DNA of 64,000 bases, from positions 118 through 64,117 of the forward strand of contig CAWDSG010000001.1 of the NCBI GenBank assembly GCA_963804975.1. The letters run 5' to 3'. Under the pieces are notes generated by a model. The model worked only from the letters and a program-made list of their open reading frames with translations. It ran no database searches and was not told where the DNA came from. Shown in pieces: positions 1 to 9,089 of this stretch. The DNA is from an uncultured bacterium. GTDB taxonomy: Bacteria > Patescibacteriota > Minisyncoccia > Phycocordibacterales > GWA1-40-21. The translations under genes were made by a program, and so were the position numbers. Numbering within the stretch: position 1 is the first letter of the stretch; the number at the start of each line of letters is the position of its first letter.

Positions 1-30
1 CATATAATTCCGCATTATTCTAGTTTGAAA

Positions 31-94
31 AGGCGGCACGCTTCGCGTGCCGCCTTTTTTGAAATCCCCAAGGTGTAACCTCGGGGATTTTTTT
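31..94. terminator. Two adjacent GC-rich hairpins flanked by A- and T-runs (bidirectional rho-independent terminators) downstream of mgtC-like gene
   Basis: aaaaGGCGGCACGCttcGCGTGCCGCCtttttt and aaatCCCCAAGGtgtaaCCTCGGGGatttttt read directly; T-tract on both strands. Confidence 0.45.
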
Positions 95-584
95 ATTTTT
101 TCATACTGCTCCCTTCCTCAAAATCTTCGCCTTTATGATGTGAAAGCTTGAGAAGCCCTTTTTCCACAAACCAAAAAATCGTAAACACAACGAGTGCCGC
201 TATCGTGCCGATAAGCGCAAGTGAGAAAAATCCAAATCCCGCCGCCATGCCGACGCCGGCGGAAACCCATAACCCGGCAGCTGTCGTCAGACCGGTAACT
301 TTATTGTCCGGGTTGTGAAAAAGCAAAAGTCCTGCGCCGATAAAGCCGATGCCGCTGATGATCGAAGCGGCAAGCGTGAGCGGGCTGACAACCGCCGGAT
401 TTCCGACAAGCACAACGACATTTTCGGAGATAAGAATGAAAACAGCCGAGCCGAGAGAAACCATGGAATATGTCCTCATACCCGCGGTTTTCCCGGCAAA
501 AGTCCTTTCAAGGCCGAGTACGGAGCCGAGGCCGATAGCAATCGCAATTCGTATGATTATTTCGGTTGTAGTGAGTGTTAACAT
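93..584 (-). CDS. MgtC/SapB family membrane protein
   Basis: 163 aa, 4-5 TM, N-terminal GLGSVLGLER motif typical of MgtC family. Confidence 0.7.
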   Translation of the reverse strand: MLTLTTTEIIIRIAIAIGLGSVLGLERTFAGKTAGMRTYSMVSLGSAVFILISENVVVLVGNPAVVSPLTLAASIISGIGFIGAGLLLFHNPDNKVTGLTTAAGLWVSAGVGMAAGFGFFSLALIGTIAALVVFTIFWFVEKGLLKLSHHKGEDFEEGSSMKK

Positions 585-706
585 TTTATTTTAATTAAAT
601 TTTTAATGGAATAATTATAACATTACGGTTTTAAAATAAAAGGCCGAATTTCCGCCTGCCTGCGCAGGCAGGCGGAAATTCGGCCAATTTTTGCTACAAT
701 AGCAGG

Positions 707-2881
707 ATGAATCTTTCCGACCCTATTGAAAAAATTTTCCGCCTGCAGGAGACGCAAAAGAAAGCGTTAAAAAAACTTGGCATTAAAACCATAAGCGATT
801 TGCTTTACCATTTCCCTGTCCGTTATGGCGATACCTCGCAAAAAAAGAATATCGGAAGCTTAGTTTTAGGCGACAAAGCTGTGATTTTTGGAAAAATTTC
901 CGGATTGAAAATGAGCAAAGGTTTCAGAAGCAAAATCCCGATGGCCCAAGCTCAAATCGAGGACGAATCGGGAAAAATAAAAGTTGTCTGGTTCCATCAG
1001 CCGTATATCGCAAAAATGATCCACGAAGGCGCATTTGTGCGCGCCGATGGAAAAGTATCGGAAAGAAAAAGCTCACTTTATCTTTCAAATCCGAAAATAG
1101 AAACTGTAGCAGAGCTTCCGACAGGCATCAGCGATTCCCTTTTTGGCCTGCCCGGCCAGGGTGAAAACAGTGAAAAACATTCTCTTTACCCTGTTTATCC
1201 GGAGAGCCGAGGCATCACGTCAAATTGGTTTTATCACGCCATACAGAAAATTTTCTCTTCCGGAATCACAGATAGTTTGGAAGATCCTATTCCCGAACAT
1301 ATTCTGGAAAAATACAGCTTGCCTACTTTGAAAACCGCCATAATCTGGATTCACGCTCCGCAAAAACAAAATGACGCCTTGGCAGCCAGAAAACGCTTCG
1401 CGTTTGAAGAGGTTTTTTTCATTCAATTGCAGAAAAAGAAAGATAGGATAGTTTGGAACAAAAGCCCGAGCTTCGCCATAGAAAAATCACCGGCTGAAAT
1501 CGCAGGATTTGTGAAAAGATTCCCGTTCAGAGCGACAAACGCGCAAGGAAAAGCAATTGATGTGATTTTGTCGGATTTTAAAAAAGACCACGCCATGGCG
1601 CGGCTTCTTGAAGGCGATGTCGGAAGCGGAAAAACCGCAGTGGCAGCCACGACAGCATACGCCGTCATTACTTCTCGCCCAATTGGACAGGATTTCGGCA
1701 ATCTGCAGGTGGCTTACATGGCGCCGACGGAAATCCTTGCAAAACAGCATTTTGAATCTTTCATAGAATATTTTGAGCATCTTGGAATAAATATCGGCCT
1801 CATTACCGGAAAAGAATGCAGAAAATTCCCGTCAAAAGTAAACCCGAAAAGTTGGACTAATATTTCCCGCACACAGCTTTTGAAATGGGTGGCAAATGGC
1901 GAGATTCCGATTCTTGTCGGCACGCACGCCCTTATTCAAAAATCCGTAAAATTCAAACACTTGGCTTATGTTGTAATTGACGAACAGCATCGTTTCGGAA
2001 CTTTACAGAGGCAAAAACTTACAAAAAAAGAAGGTTTGAATCCGCATTTGTTGTCGATGACCGCAACGCCGATTCCCCGCACGCTTGCACTCACAGTATA
2101 CGGAAATCTTGATTTAACTTTGCTTGACGAGATGCCCGCCGGCAGAAAGCCGATAATCACCGAAATTGTTTTGCCAAATGAAAGGGAAAAAACTTATGAA
2201 AAAATAAAAACAACAATTGAAAACGGAAGACAAGTTTATGTGATATGCCCGAGAATCGATATTCCCGATCCGGAAAAAGAAAGCGCCATAATAGCCAAAT
2301 CGGTGAAAGAAGAAGCCGAGCGTTTGAAAAGGAATGTTTTCCAAAAATATGAAATCGGAATGCTTCATTCCAAAATGCTCCAGAGCGAGAAAGAAAAAGT
2401 GATGAATAATTTCAAAAAAGGAATTATAAATATTCTCGTTGCGACGAGTGTTGTGGAAGTCGGAGTGAATGTGCCGAATGCCACCATAATAATAATCGAG
2501 GGAGCAGAAAGATTCGGCCTTGCGCAGCTTCACCAGCTCAGAGGACGCGTAATAAGAAGCAATCATCAGGCATATTGTTATGTTTTCGCCGAAACGAAAA
2601 CGCAAAAAACCTTGGAACGCCTGAAATCCTTTAAAAATTCTTCAAACGGTTTTGAACTTGCCGAATTTGACCTGAAGCAGCGCGGAGCAGGCGAGCTTTC
2701 CGGAAACAAGCAATGGGGCATCACGGATATCGGCATGGAAGCGATAAAAAATCTGAAAATGGTGGAAGCCGCTCGCACCGAAGCGGACAAACTTCTGGAG
2801 CAAGACGAATCGCTTTCAAAATTCCCTCTTATCGCCAAAAAACTTTCCGAACGAAAAACGGAAGAGATCCACTTTGAATAG
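707..2881 (+). CDS. recG: ATP-dependent DNA helicase RecG
   Basis: 724 aa; N-terminal wedge/OB region, Walker A DVGSGKTAVAA, DEQH box VIDEQHRFG, helicase C motifs QLRGRVIR. Confidence 0.85.
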   Translation: MNLSDPIEKIFRLQETQKKALKKLGIKTISDLLYHFPVRYGDTSQKKNIGSLVLGDKAVIFGKISGLKMSKGFRSKIPMAQAQIEDESGKIKVVWFHQPYIAKMIHEGAFVRADGKVSERKSSLYLSNPKIETVAELPTGISDSLFGLPGQGENSEKHSLYPVYPESRGITSNWFYHAIQKIFSSGITDSLEDPIPEHILEKYSLPTLKTAIIWIHAPQKQNDALAARKRFAFEEVFFIQLQKKKDRIVWNKSPSFAIEKSPAEIAGFVKRFPFRATNAQGKAIDVILSDFKKDHAMARLLEGDVGSGKTAVAATTAYAVITSRPIGQDFGNLQVAYMAPTEILAKQHFESFIEYFEHLGINIGLITGKECRKFPSKVNPKSWTNISRTQLLKWVANGEIPILVGTHALIQKSVKFKHLAYVVIDEQHRFGTLQRQKLTKKEGLNPHLLSMTATPIPRTLALTVYGNLDLTLLDEMPAGRKPIITEIVLPNEREKTYEKIKTTIENGRQVYVICPRIDIPDPEKESAIIAKSVKEEAERLKRNVFQKYEIGMLHSKMLQSEKEKVMNNFKKGIINILVATSVVEVGVNVPNATIIIIEGAERFGLAQLHQLRGRVIRSNHQAYCYVFAETKTQKTLERLKSFKNSSNGFELAEFDLKQRGAGELSGNKQWGITDIGMEAIKNLKMVEAARTEADKLLEQDESLSKFPLIAKKLSERKTEEIHFE

Positions 2882-2883
2882 CA

Positions 2884-2966
2884 GCGCCGCTCATGTGAAA
2901 TTTCTCGCGAGGAACTGTTTGAGCGAAGCGAGTTTTCCGAGAAGAAAATTTCACATGAGCGGCGCG
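2884..2966. repeat. Long inverted repeat (22-bp arms GCGCCGCTCATGTGAAATTTCT) around a GAGCGAAGCGAG core; relative of intergenic repeat families described below; may act as recG terminator
   Basis: arms 2884-2905 and 2943-2965 are reverse complements; core shares GAGCGAAGCGAG with family-1 termini. Confidence 0.5.
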
Positions 2967-3013
2967 GCGTTCAATTGCGGAAAGGCAAAATTTAGTATAA
3001 GATTCCTTTCAAT

Positions 3014-3087
3014 ACGCCTGTAGCTCAGCTGGTTAGAGCGCGAAGCTTATACCTTCGATGTCCCTGGTTCGAATCCAGGCAGGCGTA
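3014..3087 (+). tRNA. tRNA-Ile, anticodon UAU (TAT); no encoded CCA
   Basis: Cloverleaf: acceptor ACGCCTG/CAGGCGT, D-arm GCTCAGCTGGTTAGAGC identical to bacterial tRNA-Ile, anticodon stem CGAAG/CTTCG with loop CTTATAC, T-arm CCTGGTTCGAATCCAGG. Confidence 0.8.
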
Positions 3088-3089
3088 CA

Positions 3090-3118
3090 TTGCAAATAAC
3101 AGAAAATATGCTATAAAT
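3090..3118 (+). promoter_or_regulatory. Candidate sigma70-like promoter for infC-rpmI-rplT (TTGCAA - 16 nt - TATAAA)
   Basis: hexamers read directly upstream of infC; no experimental support. Confidence 0.3.
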
Positions 3119-3186
3119 AACATCTAACGTAGTCCTATTGAAAACCGCGTAAAAGCGCACTTTCAATACATTATTTTAAAAATACT

Positions 3187-3699
3187 TTGAATATAAAAGT
3201 AAGAATCAATCATCAGATAAGGGTTCCGGAGCTCCGGGTCATCACAGACAGCGGAGAAAATCTCGGAGTCATATCTACAAGCGAGGCTCTCAGAAGAGCC
3301 GAGGAAGCCGGTTTGGATCTGGTGGAAATATCGCCAAACACAATTCCGCCGGTTGCAAAAATAACGGATTATGGTAGATTCCAATACGCCGAAAAGAAAA
3401 AACTGAAGGATTCCAAGGCAAAAATACAGAATGTGGAGATAAAAAGCATTCAGGTAAAAATCGCCACAGACGAGCACGACCTTGCCATGAAAGCCGCTAA
3501 AGTTTCAAAGTGGCTCAAGGAAGGAAACCGCGTCAGATTGAATCTTTTCCTGTCGGGCAGGGCGAAATATCTGGACAAAAAGTTCTTGCAGGAAAGGATG
3601 GAAAGGATATTGAAGATGATTACCGAAGAATTCAGAGTATCGGAAGCTCCCCAGAAAAGTTTGAAAGGGATGACAATGATGATAGAAAAGGCAAAATAA
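3187..3699 (+). CDS. infC: Translation initiation factor IF-3; frame opens with TTG (non-ATG start as usual for infC)
   Basis: 170 aa; IRVPELRVITDSGENLGV N-domain and C-domain signature; operon with rpmI-rplT. Confidence 0.85.
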   Translation: MNIKVRINHQIRVPELRVITDSGENLGVISTSEALRRAEEAGLDLVEISPNTIPPVAKITDYGRFQYAEKKKLKDSKAKIQNVEIKSIQVKIATDEHDLAMKAAKVSKWLKEGNRVRLNLFLSGRAKYLDKKFLQERMERILKMITEEFRVSEAPQKSLKGMTMMIEKAK

Positions 3700-3711
3700 T
3701 TAATTCATAAT

Positions 3712-3900
3712 ATGAAAACGAACAAATCATTCTCAAAAAGATTGAAGGTGACAAGAAATGGCAAAATACTCGGAAGAAAAGCCGGGCAGAATCATTTTAA
3801 TGCAAAAGAAAGCAGGAATACCCAATACAAGAAAAAAAAATCAATGATATTGCACTTCACATCAAGGAATAAAGCGAGATTTTTGCCGGGAAGATTTTAG
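3712..3900 (+). CDS. rpmI: 50S ribosomal protein L35
   Basis: 62 aa basic protein, KRxKxT..GK...R..G..H pattern; conserved infC-rpmI-rplT order. Confidence 0.7.
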   Translation: MKTNKSFSKRLKVTRNGKILGRKAGQNHFNAKESRNTQYKKKKSMILHFTSRNKARFLPGRF

Positions 3901-3908
3901 AAATTAAT

Positions 3909-4054
3909 GAGCAAAGCGACTATAATTTCTTAAACCCTGTTAAATAGGGTTGTCGAAAAGAGAGATATTCGCGAAAACAGGTTATATATAATAAAAATAG
4001 TTTATAAACAATAATTTATTTAACAGGGTGGCGATTTTTATAGTCGTTTCACTC
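3909..4054. repeat. Family-1-like nested palindromic intergenic element between rpmI and rplT (termini GAGCAAAGCGACTATAAT ... TTATAGTCGTTTCACTC; inner hairpin AACCCTGTTAAATAGGGTT)
   Basis: outer and inner inverted repeats read directly; contains TATAAT; position corresponds to where L20 autoregulatory leaders occur in other bacteria. Confidence 0.5.
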
Positions 4055-4068
4055 CTTAAAAATCAGCC

Positions 4069-4413
4069 ATGTCACGCGTTAAACGGGGAATCATAAAAAA
4101 TAAGAGGAGAAAAAACGTCCTTAGAATGACGAAAGGATATCGCCTGAACAGGAGAAGCAAAGAAGCTGCCGCCATAGAAGCAATAATGCATGCCGGTGCA
4201 AACGCATTTGAGGGAAGAAGAGATAAAAAGGGCGATTTCAGGCGGCTTTGGAATGTCCGCATTAATGCGGCACTGCGGGAAAACGGTTCCACATATTCAA
4301 AATTCATCGGCGCTTTGAAAAAAAATAAAATAGAATTGGACAGAAAAATCCTCTCTCTTCTGGCAAACGAAAATCCGGAGACATTTAAGAGAGTTATAGC
4401 ACAGGTGAAATAA
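4069..4413 (+). CDS. rplT: 50S ribosomal protein L20
   Basis: 114 aa; MSRVKRG start, RINAALRENGSTYSKFIGALKK core matches L20. Confidence 0.9.
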   Translation: MSRVKRGIIKNKRRKNVLRMTKGYRLNRRSKEAAAIEAIMHAGANAFEGRRDKKGDFRRLWNVRINAALRENGSTYSKFIGALKKNKIELDRKILSLLANENPETFKRVIAQVK

Positions 4414-4430
4414 AGACTCATTCGTTTGCA

Positions 4431-4468
4431 AAAGAAAGGCGAACCGCTTGCGGTTCGCCTTTTTATTT
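4431..4468. terminator. Bidirectional rho-independent terminator between convergent rplT and beta-CASP genes
   Basis: aaaGGCGAACCGCttgcGGTTCGCCttttt. Confidence 0.6.
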
Positions 4469-5836
4469 TAACTCCACACTCTCCCCATACTCTGGATATT
4501 CGGCAGAGACATCAAGCTCATCGCGAAGGCGCTGGACCAGAAATAGCGAAGATTTCGGCTCGCCCATGACGGTAAAAACTTTTTTCAGCTTTCCGCTCTT
4601 TGCCGCCTCTTCCACAAAAGCGACCAGATGATCCGAATCTTTGTGCGACGAATATCCTTCTATTTTTGCAATCTTTGCTTTCACTTTAATATCCTGACCG
4701 TTTATTTTTACCACTTTAGCGCCATCTTCAAGCTGCCTGCCAAGCATTCCGACTGCCTGATATCCGACAAGCAAAATTGTTGCATTTTTATCGCCTGCAT
4801 GATCTTTCTCATGATGGACGATTCTTCCGCCGTTTGACATTCCCGAGCCAGCCATGATTATTTTCGGATTCGGCGTTCTGTCGATATTTTCCGATTCCCA
4901 GAAAAGCGGCGTGTCTTTCAATTTAGGAAACTTGAATACATCATCTCCCGCTTTTATTTCATCACGCACTTTTTCATTCAGATAGCTCGCGTATTTTTCG
5001 TAAATTTTCGTCACTTTGATGGCAAGCGGCGAATCAAGAAAAACAGGAATTGGCTGCAATTCTTTATTCATAAAAAATTCGTTCATTTCATAAAGCATCA
5101 TCTGCGTCCTTTCCACGGAAAACGTAGGTATAATAAGGAGTTTTTTGTTTGCAATCGTGTCTTTAATGGCATCTTTCAGCATTTTTCTTCTCTCATCCTT
5201 CGGCGCATGATTCCTGTCGCCATAAACGCTTTCCATCACGATATAATCGGCGTCAATGATCGGCTCGGTATCATTCAAAAGAAGCGATGGCGAATTGCCA
5301 AGGTCGCCGGTCAGCACCGTTTTTGTTTTTCCGTCACTCATTTCCACCATTGCCGAACCGAGTATATGGCCGGAGTCGTAGAGATAAATGGAAATGCCGG
5401 CGCCAAGATCAAATTTTTGATGATACGGAAGCGTGCTCCAAAGCGTCATGGCTTTTTCCACATCTTTTTTTTCAAACATAGCGAAAACTCCGCTTTTTCT
5501 CGCTTCCGTTTCCAAAATCTGCAAGGTATCTTCCAAAAGCAATTGGGAGATTTCTTTTGTCGGAGGCGTGCTGATTATTTTTCCGCGGAATCCGTCTTTG
5601 ACGATTTTCGGTATCCTGCCGATATGGTCTATATGGCCGTGAGTAATGATGAGAAAATCTATTTCTTCCGGTTTGTAAGGAAACGGGTCGCGATTGAAAG
5701 CGTCTGCAGTTTCTGCGCCCTGCATCATTCCGCAATCAATGAGAATTTTTATGCTTTTGCCGGCGTCATTCGCATGTTCAATCAAAAAATTCGCTCCTGT
5801 CACCGAACCTGTTCCTCCATAAAAAGTCAGTTTCAT
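4463..5836 (-). CDS. MBL-fold beta-CASP ribonuclease (TTHA0252-like, RNA-metabolising metallo-beta-lactamase)
   Basis: 457 aa; GTGSVTGANFL, CGMMQG, ITHGHIDHIGRIPKIV (HxHxDH), GYRG-like KDGFRGKI, beta-CASP and C-terminal RMMBL region. Confidence 0.75.
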   Translation of the reverse strand: MKLTFYGGTGSVTGANFLIEHANDAGKSIKILIDCGMMQGAETADAFNRDPFPYKPEEIDFLIITHGHIDHIGRIPKIVKDGFRGKIISTPPTKEISQLLLEDTLQILETEARKSGVFAMFEKKDVEKAMTLWSTLPYHQKFDLGAGISIYLYDSGHILGSAMVEMSDGKTKTVLTGDLGNSPSLLLNDTEPIIDADYIVMESVYGDRNHAPKDERRKMLKDAIKDTIANKKLLIIPTFSVERTQMMLYEMNEFFMNKELQPIPVFLDSPLAIKVTKIYEKYASYLNEKVRDEIKAGDDVFKFPKLKDTPLFWESENIDRTPNPKIIMAGSGMSNGGRIVHHEKDHAGDKNATILLVGYQAVGMLGRQLEDGAKVVKINGQDIKVKAKIAKIEGYSSHKDSDHLVAFVEEAAKSGKLKKVFTVMGEPKSSLFLVQRLRDELDVSAEYPEYGESVELK

Positions 5837-5867
5837 AATTTGATTATATCATCTGATAATTATTCCT

Positions 5868-5908
5868 GAAACAAAAGAAAAACCGTCCACCAAATGCGAC
5901 GGGTTTTC
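5868..5908 (-). terminator. Rho-independent terminator on minus strand (hairpin AAACCCGTCGCAtttggTGGACGGTTT followed by TTCTTTTGTTTC)
   Basis: read on reverse complement; terminates a minus-strand transcript coming from the 5.9-6.2 kb region. Confidence 0.5.
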
Positions 5909-6221
5909 TATAGGATTATCAGGCGAGCACTACCCTAGATAAATCTAGGTGGGTGTCCTCGATGATGCACCAAGGTGTATCAAAAGTTAGACTCCCTTAA
6001 AAAATATTTTGTCGGATAATGCTTTACTAATAATCCTATCTTTAATTATACTCCCGCCATACGGGTGTCAACAAGAAAAATAAAGAGAAAATCATTTTCT
6101 GGATTTTGTAAACCCCCACACCTTTCGTTTTTAATGAAAGGTGTGGGGGTAAAGTGCAAGGAAAACGCCGATTCGCGGAGCGAATCGGCGTTTTCATTTT
6201 TAACGTATAAAATACGATAAA

Positions 6222-6896
6222 TTACTTTTCTGAAATTTCACCCTTTACTTTTTCTATGTATTTTGCGGCGGCATCCTGTCCTCCAAGACCGAATGCAAGG
6301 CCCAAAGCCAGAGAAACAGCAATGATGATACCCGTGAAAAGAGTATTTATGAACGAAACTGCGATACCAAGCTGCATAATGGCTGCAAGGATTGCAAATA
6401 TCCAGATAGCCCACTTTGCGATTTTACCTGCAAAATTTGCCGATTTTATATTGGCTGCTTTTGCCGAACCAGCCACGATTTTCTGCACCGTCTCTGCGAC
6501 GATAGCCGCGGCAAGTACGATAAGCACCGCAACGATAACTTGAGGCAGATAGCCAAGAACAACGTCTTTAAGGAAGGCGGTGACCTGAGTCAGCCCCAAA
6601 ACGCCAAGAGCCGCAACAAGAAACACGACGATTATAAACCATTCCACCAATTTGCCCAGAAAATAGCCGGAATTAAGCTTAAATCCCGCTTTTTCAACAA
6701 ATTTTTCCAATCCAGTCGCTCTTAAAGCAGAATCAATTCTTGCAAGTTTGACCAGTTCAAAGACAAATTTGAAGAATATTGCACCCACAATCCAACCTAT
6801 GACGGCTATAATTATAGCGGCTAAGAATGTCGGAATAAAAGTAGCAACGCCATTCCATACGCCATTCAAAGAGTTAGAAAATGCTTGTGTCAACAT
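6222..6896 (-). CDS. Multi-pass membrane protein with repeated TM-helix segments (MscS-associated TM_helix-like)
   Basis: 224 aa, 5-6 TM segments, repeated ...AIAGKIA../..GSAKAANI.. helices; no catalytic motif. Confidence 0.4.
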   Translation of the reverse strand: MLTQAFSNSLNGVWNGVATFIPTFLAAIIIAVIGWIVGAIFFKFVFELVKLARIDSALRATGLEKFVEKAGFKLNSGYFLGKLVEWFIIVVFLVAALGVLGLTQVTAFLKDVVLGYLPQVIVAVLIVLAAAIVAETVQKIVAGSAKAANIKSANFAGKIAKWAIWIFAILAAIMQLGIAVSFINTLFTGIIIAVSLALGLAFGLGGQDAAAKYIEKVKGEISEK

Positions 6897-7051
6897 GATA
6901 AATTATTTTTATAAATTAATAAACAAACCTAATAAATATTAAATCCCTTTGGGATATTAACGACCTGTTTGCAACAATAATTATATCATTTCCCGAGAGG
7001 TATTTAAACCTGTGCAAATAGAAGCTGTGGATAACGAAATCCGGCTTCCGA

Positions 7052-7669
7052 CTAAGAATTTATCTTGTCCAAAAGCACCTGATGGGGATAATCCAGGACG
7101 TCTTTTACGAGTTTGTCGCACATGCCAAGGCGATATTGGAAATCCGAGGTTTCAAAGCAAGCGTACATCAATTCTTTGCCAAGCTCGGCTTCTATGGATT
7201 TAATGGTGCTGTTGAGTTTGGGTTTTTTCAGATGATCGCCGACTATGAGCAAGTCCAATCTGCTGTTCTTGTCCTGCGTAAAAACACCGGCAACTGCGAC
7301 AAATTTCAATCTGCCTGACCTTGATAATCTTTTTAAAATTTCACTGCCGTCCAAAGTTTTGGTGCTTAAGAGCAATTGCTTAAGCGCCGCAATATAAGGA
7401 AAATCCTGATTTAAGCGAAACCCTCGTGATTTTACTTTTTTTTCCACCGTTTTTCTTCCCTTTTTTCTTTTTGCCAATTTATAAAAAATTCCTTTCTTAA
7501 TAAAATTTATCTTGCTCAGAACGGCAAATTCTTTTCTTATATTTTTTCTGTCAACTTTGGATTTGCCGTAAACCAAATCAATGTCAAAAAAATCTTCCGG
7601 ATTGAAGATAAATAGGCGCATAATCTTGACTCTGGCTTCGCTTCCCAGCAATTTGCTCAAATATTTCAT
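7052..7669 (-). CDS. Hypothetical protein with N-terminal winged-HTH-like segment
   Basis: 205 aa; SEARVKIMRLFIFNPE resembles ArsR-type wHTH; rest unassigned. Confidence 0.35.
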   Translation of the reverse strand: MKYLSKLLGSEARVKIMRLFIFNPEDFFDIDLVYGKSKVDRKNIRKEFAVLSKINFIKKGIFYKLAKRKKGRKTVEKKVKSRGFRLNQDFPYIAALKQLLLSTKTLDGSEILKRLSRSGRLKFVAVAGVFTQDKNSRLDLLIVGDHLKKPKLNSTIKSIEAELGKELMYACFETSDFQYRLGMCDKLVKDVLDYPHQVLLDKINS

Positions 7670-7828
7670 AATTATATTGTATCACAAATTAAAATTCTTC
7701 GCGTAATTTTTGAAAATCACGATAAAACCGCCCTCGTCAGGGCGGTTTTTCTCTGCTCAAAGAATTTTTTGCTAAAAATTCTTCTCCGCAAGTCTTTTCA
7801 AAAACTACGCGTGCGGATTTTTCAGGTA

Positions 7829-7939
7829 AGCGAGCGAGGTGTTTCGTTTGAAAAGCCTAGGGAGCGCGACGGCGCGAGCTTGAGGAATTTTCTAGCAAGA
7901 AAATATCCGTGCTTTTCAAATAAAATACCGAGCGAGCTT
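7829..7939. repeat. Family-2 intergenic element (AAGCGAGCGAG - complementary arms - GGAGCGCGACGGCGCGAG core - CCGAGCGAGCTTT), directly abutting rplL stop
   Basis: termini, covarying arms and GC-rich core read directly; three full copies in window. Confidence 0.65.
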
Positions 7940-8329
7940 TTATTTCAATGTGATTTTTCCTCCAGCGGCCTCAACATCTTTCTTTAGTTTCTCCGCATCC
8001 TCCTTTTTCATTTCCTCTTTCAAGACCGAAGGGGCTGCGTCCACTAAATCTTTCGCTTCCTTAAGGCCAAGCCCCAAGATTTCTTTTACAACTTTGATGA
8101 CTGCTATTTTCTGGGCGCCGCTTGCAGTGAGTTCGACTTTGAATGTTGATTTCTCTTCTGCAGGTGCAGCTGCAACTGCAGGACCGGCAACCGCAACTGC
8201 TGCGGCTGAGACGCCGAATTTCTCTTCAAGAACTTTTACAAGTTCGTGAAGATCCATAACTGACATTTTTTCTATTTCTCCGACAAGCTTTTCGAATTTT
8301 GCCGGAATTGGTTTTTTTGCTTCTTCCAT
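7940..8329 (-). CDS. rplL: 50S ribosomal protein L7/L12
   Basis: 129 aa; Ala-rich hinge, C-terminal [22 protein letters not shown]...[10 protein letters not shown]. Confidence 0.92.
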   Translation of the reverse strand: MEEAKKPIPAKFEKLVGEIEKMSVMDLHELVKVLEEKFGVSAAAVAVAGPAVAAAPAEEKSTFKVELTASGAQKIAVIKVVKEILGLGLKEAKDLVDAAPSVLKEEMKKEDAEKLKKDVEAAGGKITLK

Positions 8330-8368
8330 ATTTTTATTTTAATTTAATTAATAATTTGTATTTTTTGT

Positions 8369-8482
8369 AAGCGAGCGAGGCAATTCAATTTTTAATGCCT
8401 TGGTAGGAGCGTCGGCGACAGACAGAGAAAATTTTTAGCAAAAAATTTTCGTGCATTTAAAATTGAATTGCCGAGCGAGCTT
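8369..8482. repeat. Family-2 intergenic element filling the rplJ-rplL spacer
   Basis: AAGCGAGCGAGgcaattcaattttaa ... ttaaaattgaattgCCGAGCGAGCTTTT with core GGAGCGTCGGCGACAG. Confidence 0.65.
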
Positions 8483-8968
8483 TTAAGCTGTTTTTGTTTT
8501 TGTGATTGCATCCAATACGACCGTAAATCTCTGAATCGGTGAATTGATAAGATTGACGAACTGCGCATAAAGCGTTTTCTGCGAAGGAATAGCCGCAATT
8601 GCGGTCATTTCTTCCACTGTCATATATTTCCCTTCAAAAATACCTCCGACAATTTTTACATTATCATTGTATTTTTTCTGAAAAGCGTAGAATTCTCTGG
8701 CTGGAGCCGTGAGGTCTTCGCCATAAACTATGGCAAGTTCTCCGACAAATTCCGGCATTGTGCCTGCGATTTTCGCGTTATTAAGCGCAATTTTGGCAAG
8801 AGTTTTCCTCGTTACCAGATATCCCACGCCTTCTTTTCTCAAAGCTTTTCTCATCGCCTGGTCATCCGCGACATTCAGGTTGTGAAAGTTCGCAAATACG
8901 ACCGATTTTGAACTTTTGATTGCTTTTCCAATTTCTTCAACTAATTCTTTTTTCTTTGCTTTTGTCAT
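8483..8968 (-). CDS. rplJ: 50S ribosomal protein L10
   Basis: 161 aa; L10 family sequence, adjacent to rplL. Confidence 0.88.
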   Translation of the reverse strand: MTKAKKKELVEEIGKAIKSSKSVVFANFHNLNVADDQAMRKALRKEGVGYLVTRKTLAKIALNNAKIAGTMPEFVGELAIVYGEDLTAPAREFYAFQKKYNDNVKIVGGIFEGKYMTVEEMTAIAAIPSQKTLYAQFVNLINSPIQRFTVVLDAITKTKTA

Positions 8969-8978
8969 TGATTTTTAA

Positions 8979-9089
8979 TGAATGAAGTGAATATTAAAAT
9001 CATGACCCTGTGAAATATTTTGCTTCAGCAAAATGAAAATTTAAAAATTTTCTATTTCACGGGGTGTAGAAATTATTGTCGCTTCGCTC
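8979..9089. repeat. Family-1 intergenic element in rplJ leader (outer IR GAATGAAGTGAAT..TTGTCGCTTCGCTC; inner hairpin CCCTGTGAAATATTTTGC..ATTTCACGGGG)
   Basis: nested inverted repeats read directly; 4 close copies plus 1 variant in window. Confidence 0.65.

Noticed and set aside
315-2838. Many ORF-track entries antisense to or overlapping mgtC and recG (e.g. 315-581+, 1220-1426-, 2114-2605-)
   Set aside because: They lie inside well-supported genes on the opposite strand or frame and have low-complexity, Cys/Phe-rich translations typical of spurious frames in AT-rich DNA.
4463-5836. Calling the MBL/beta-CASP protein RNase J
   Set aside because: The N-terminus and length match the TTHA0252-type beta-CASP RNases rather than RNase J (which is about 555 aa with a distinct N-terminal motif), so the generic call is kept.
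5905-6000. SRP (4.5S) RNA or tmRNA in the 5.9-6.2 kb spacer
   Set aside because: SRP domain IV consensus (GGAAGGAAGCAGCC-like), tmRNA ends and RNase P P4 motifs are absent on either strand. Only generic hairpins are present.
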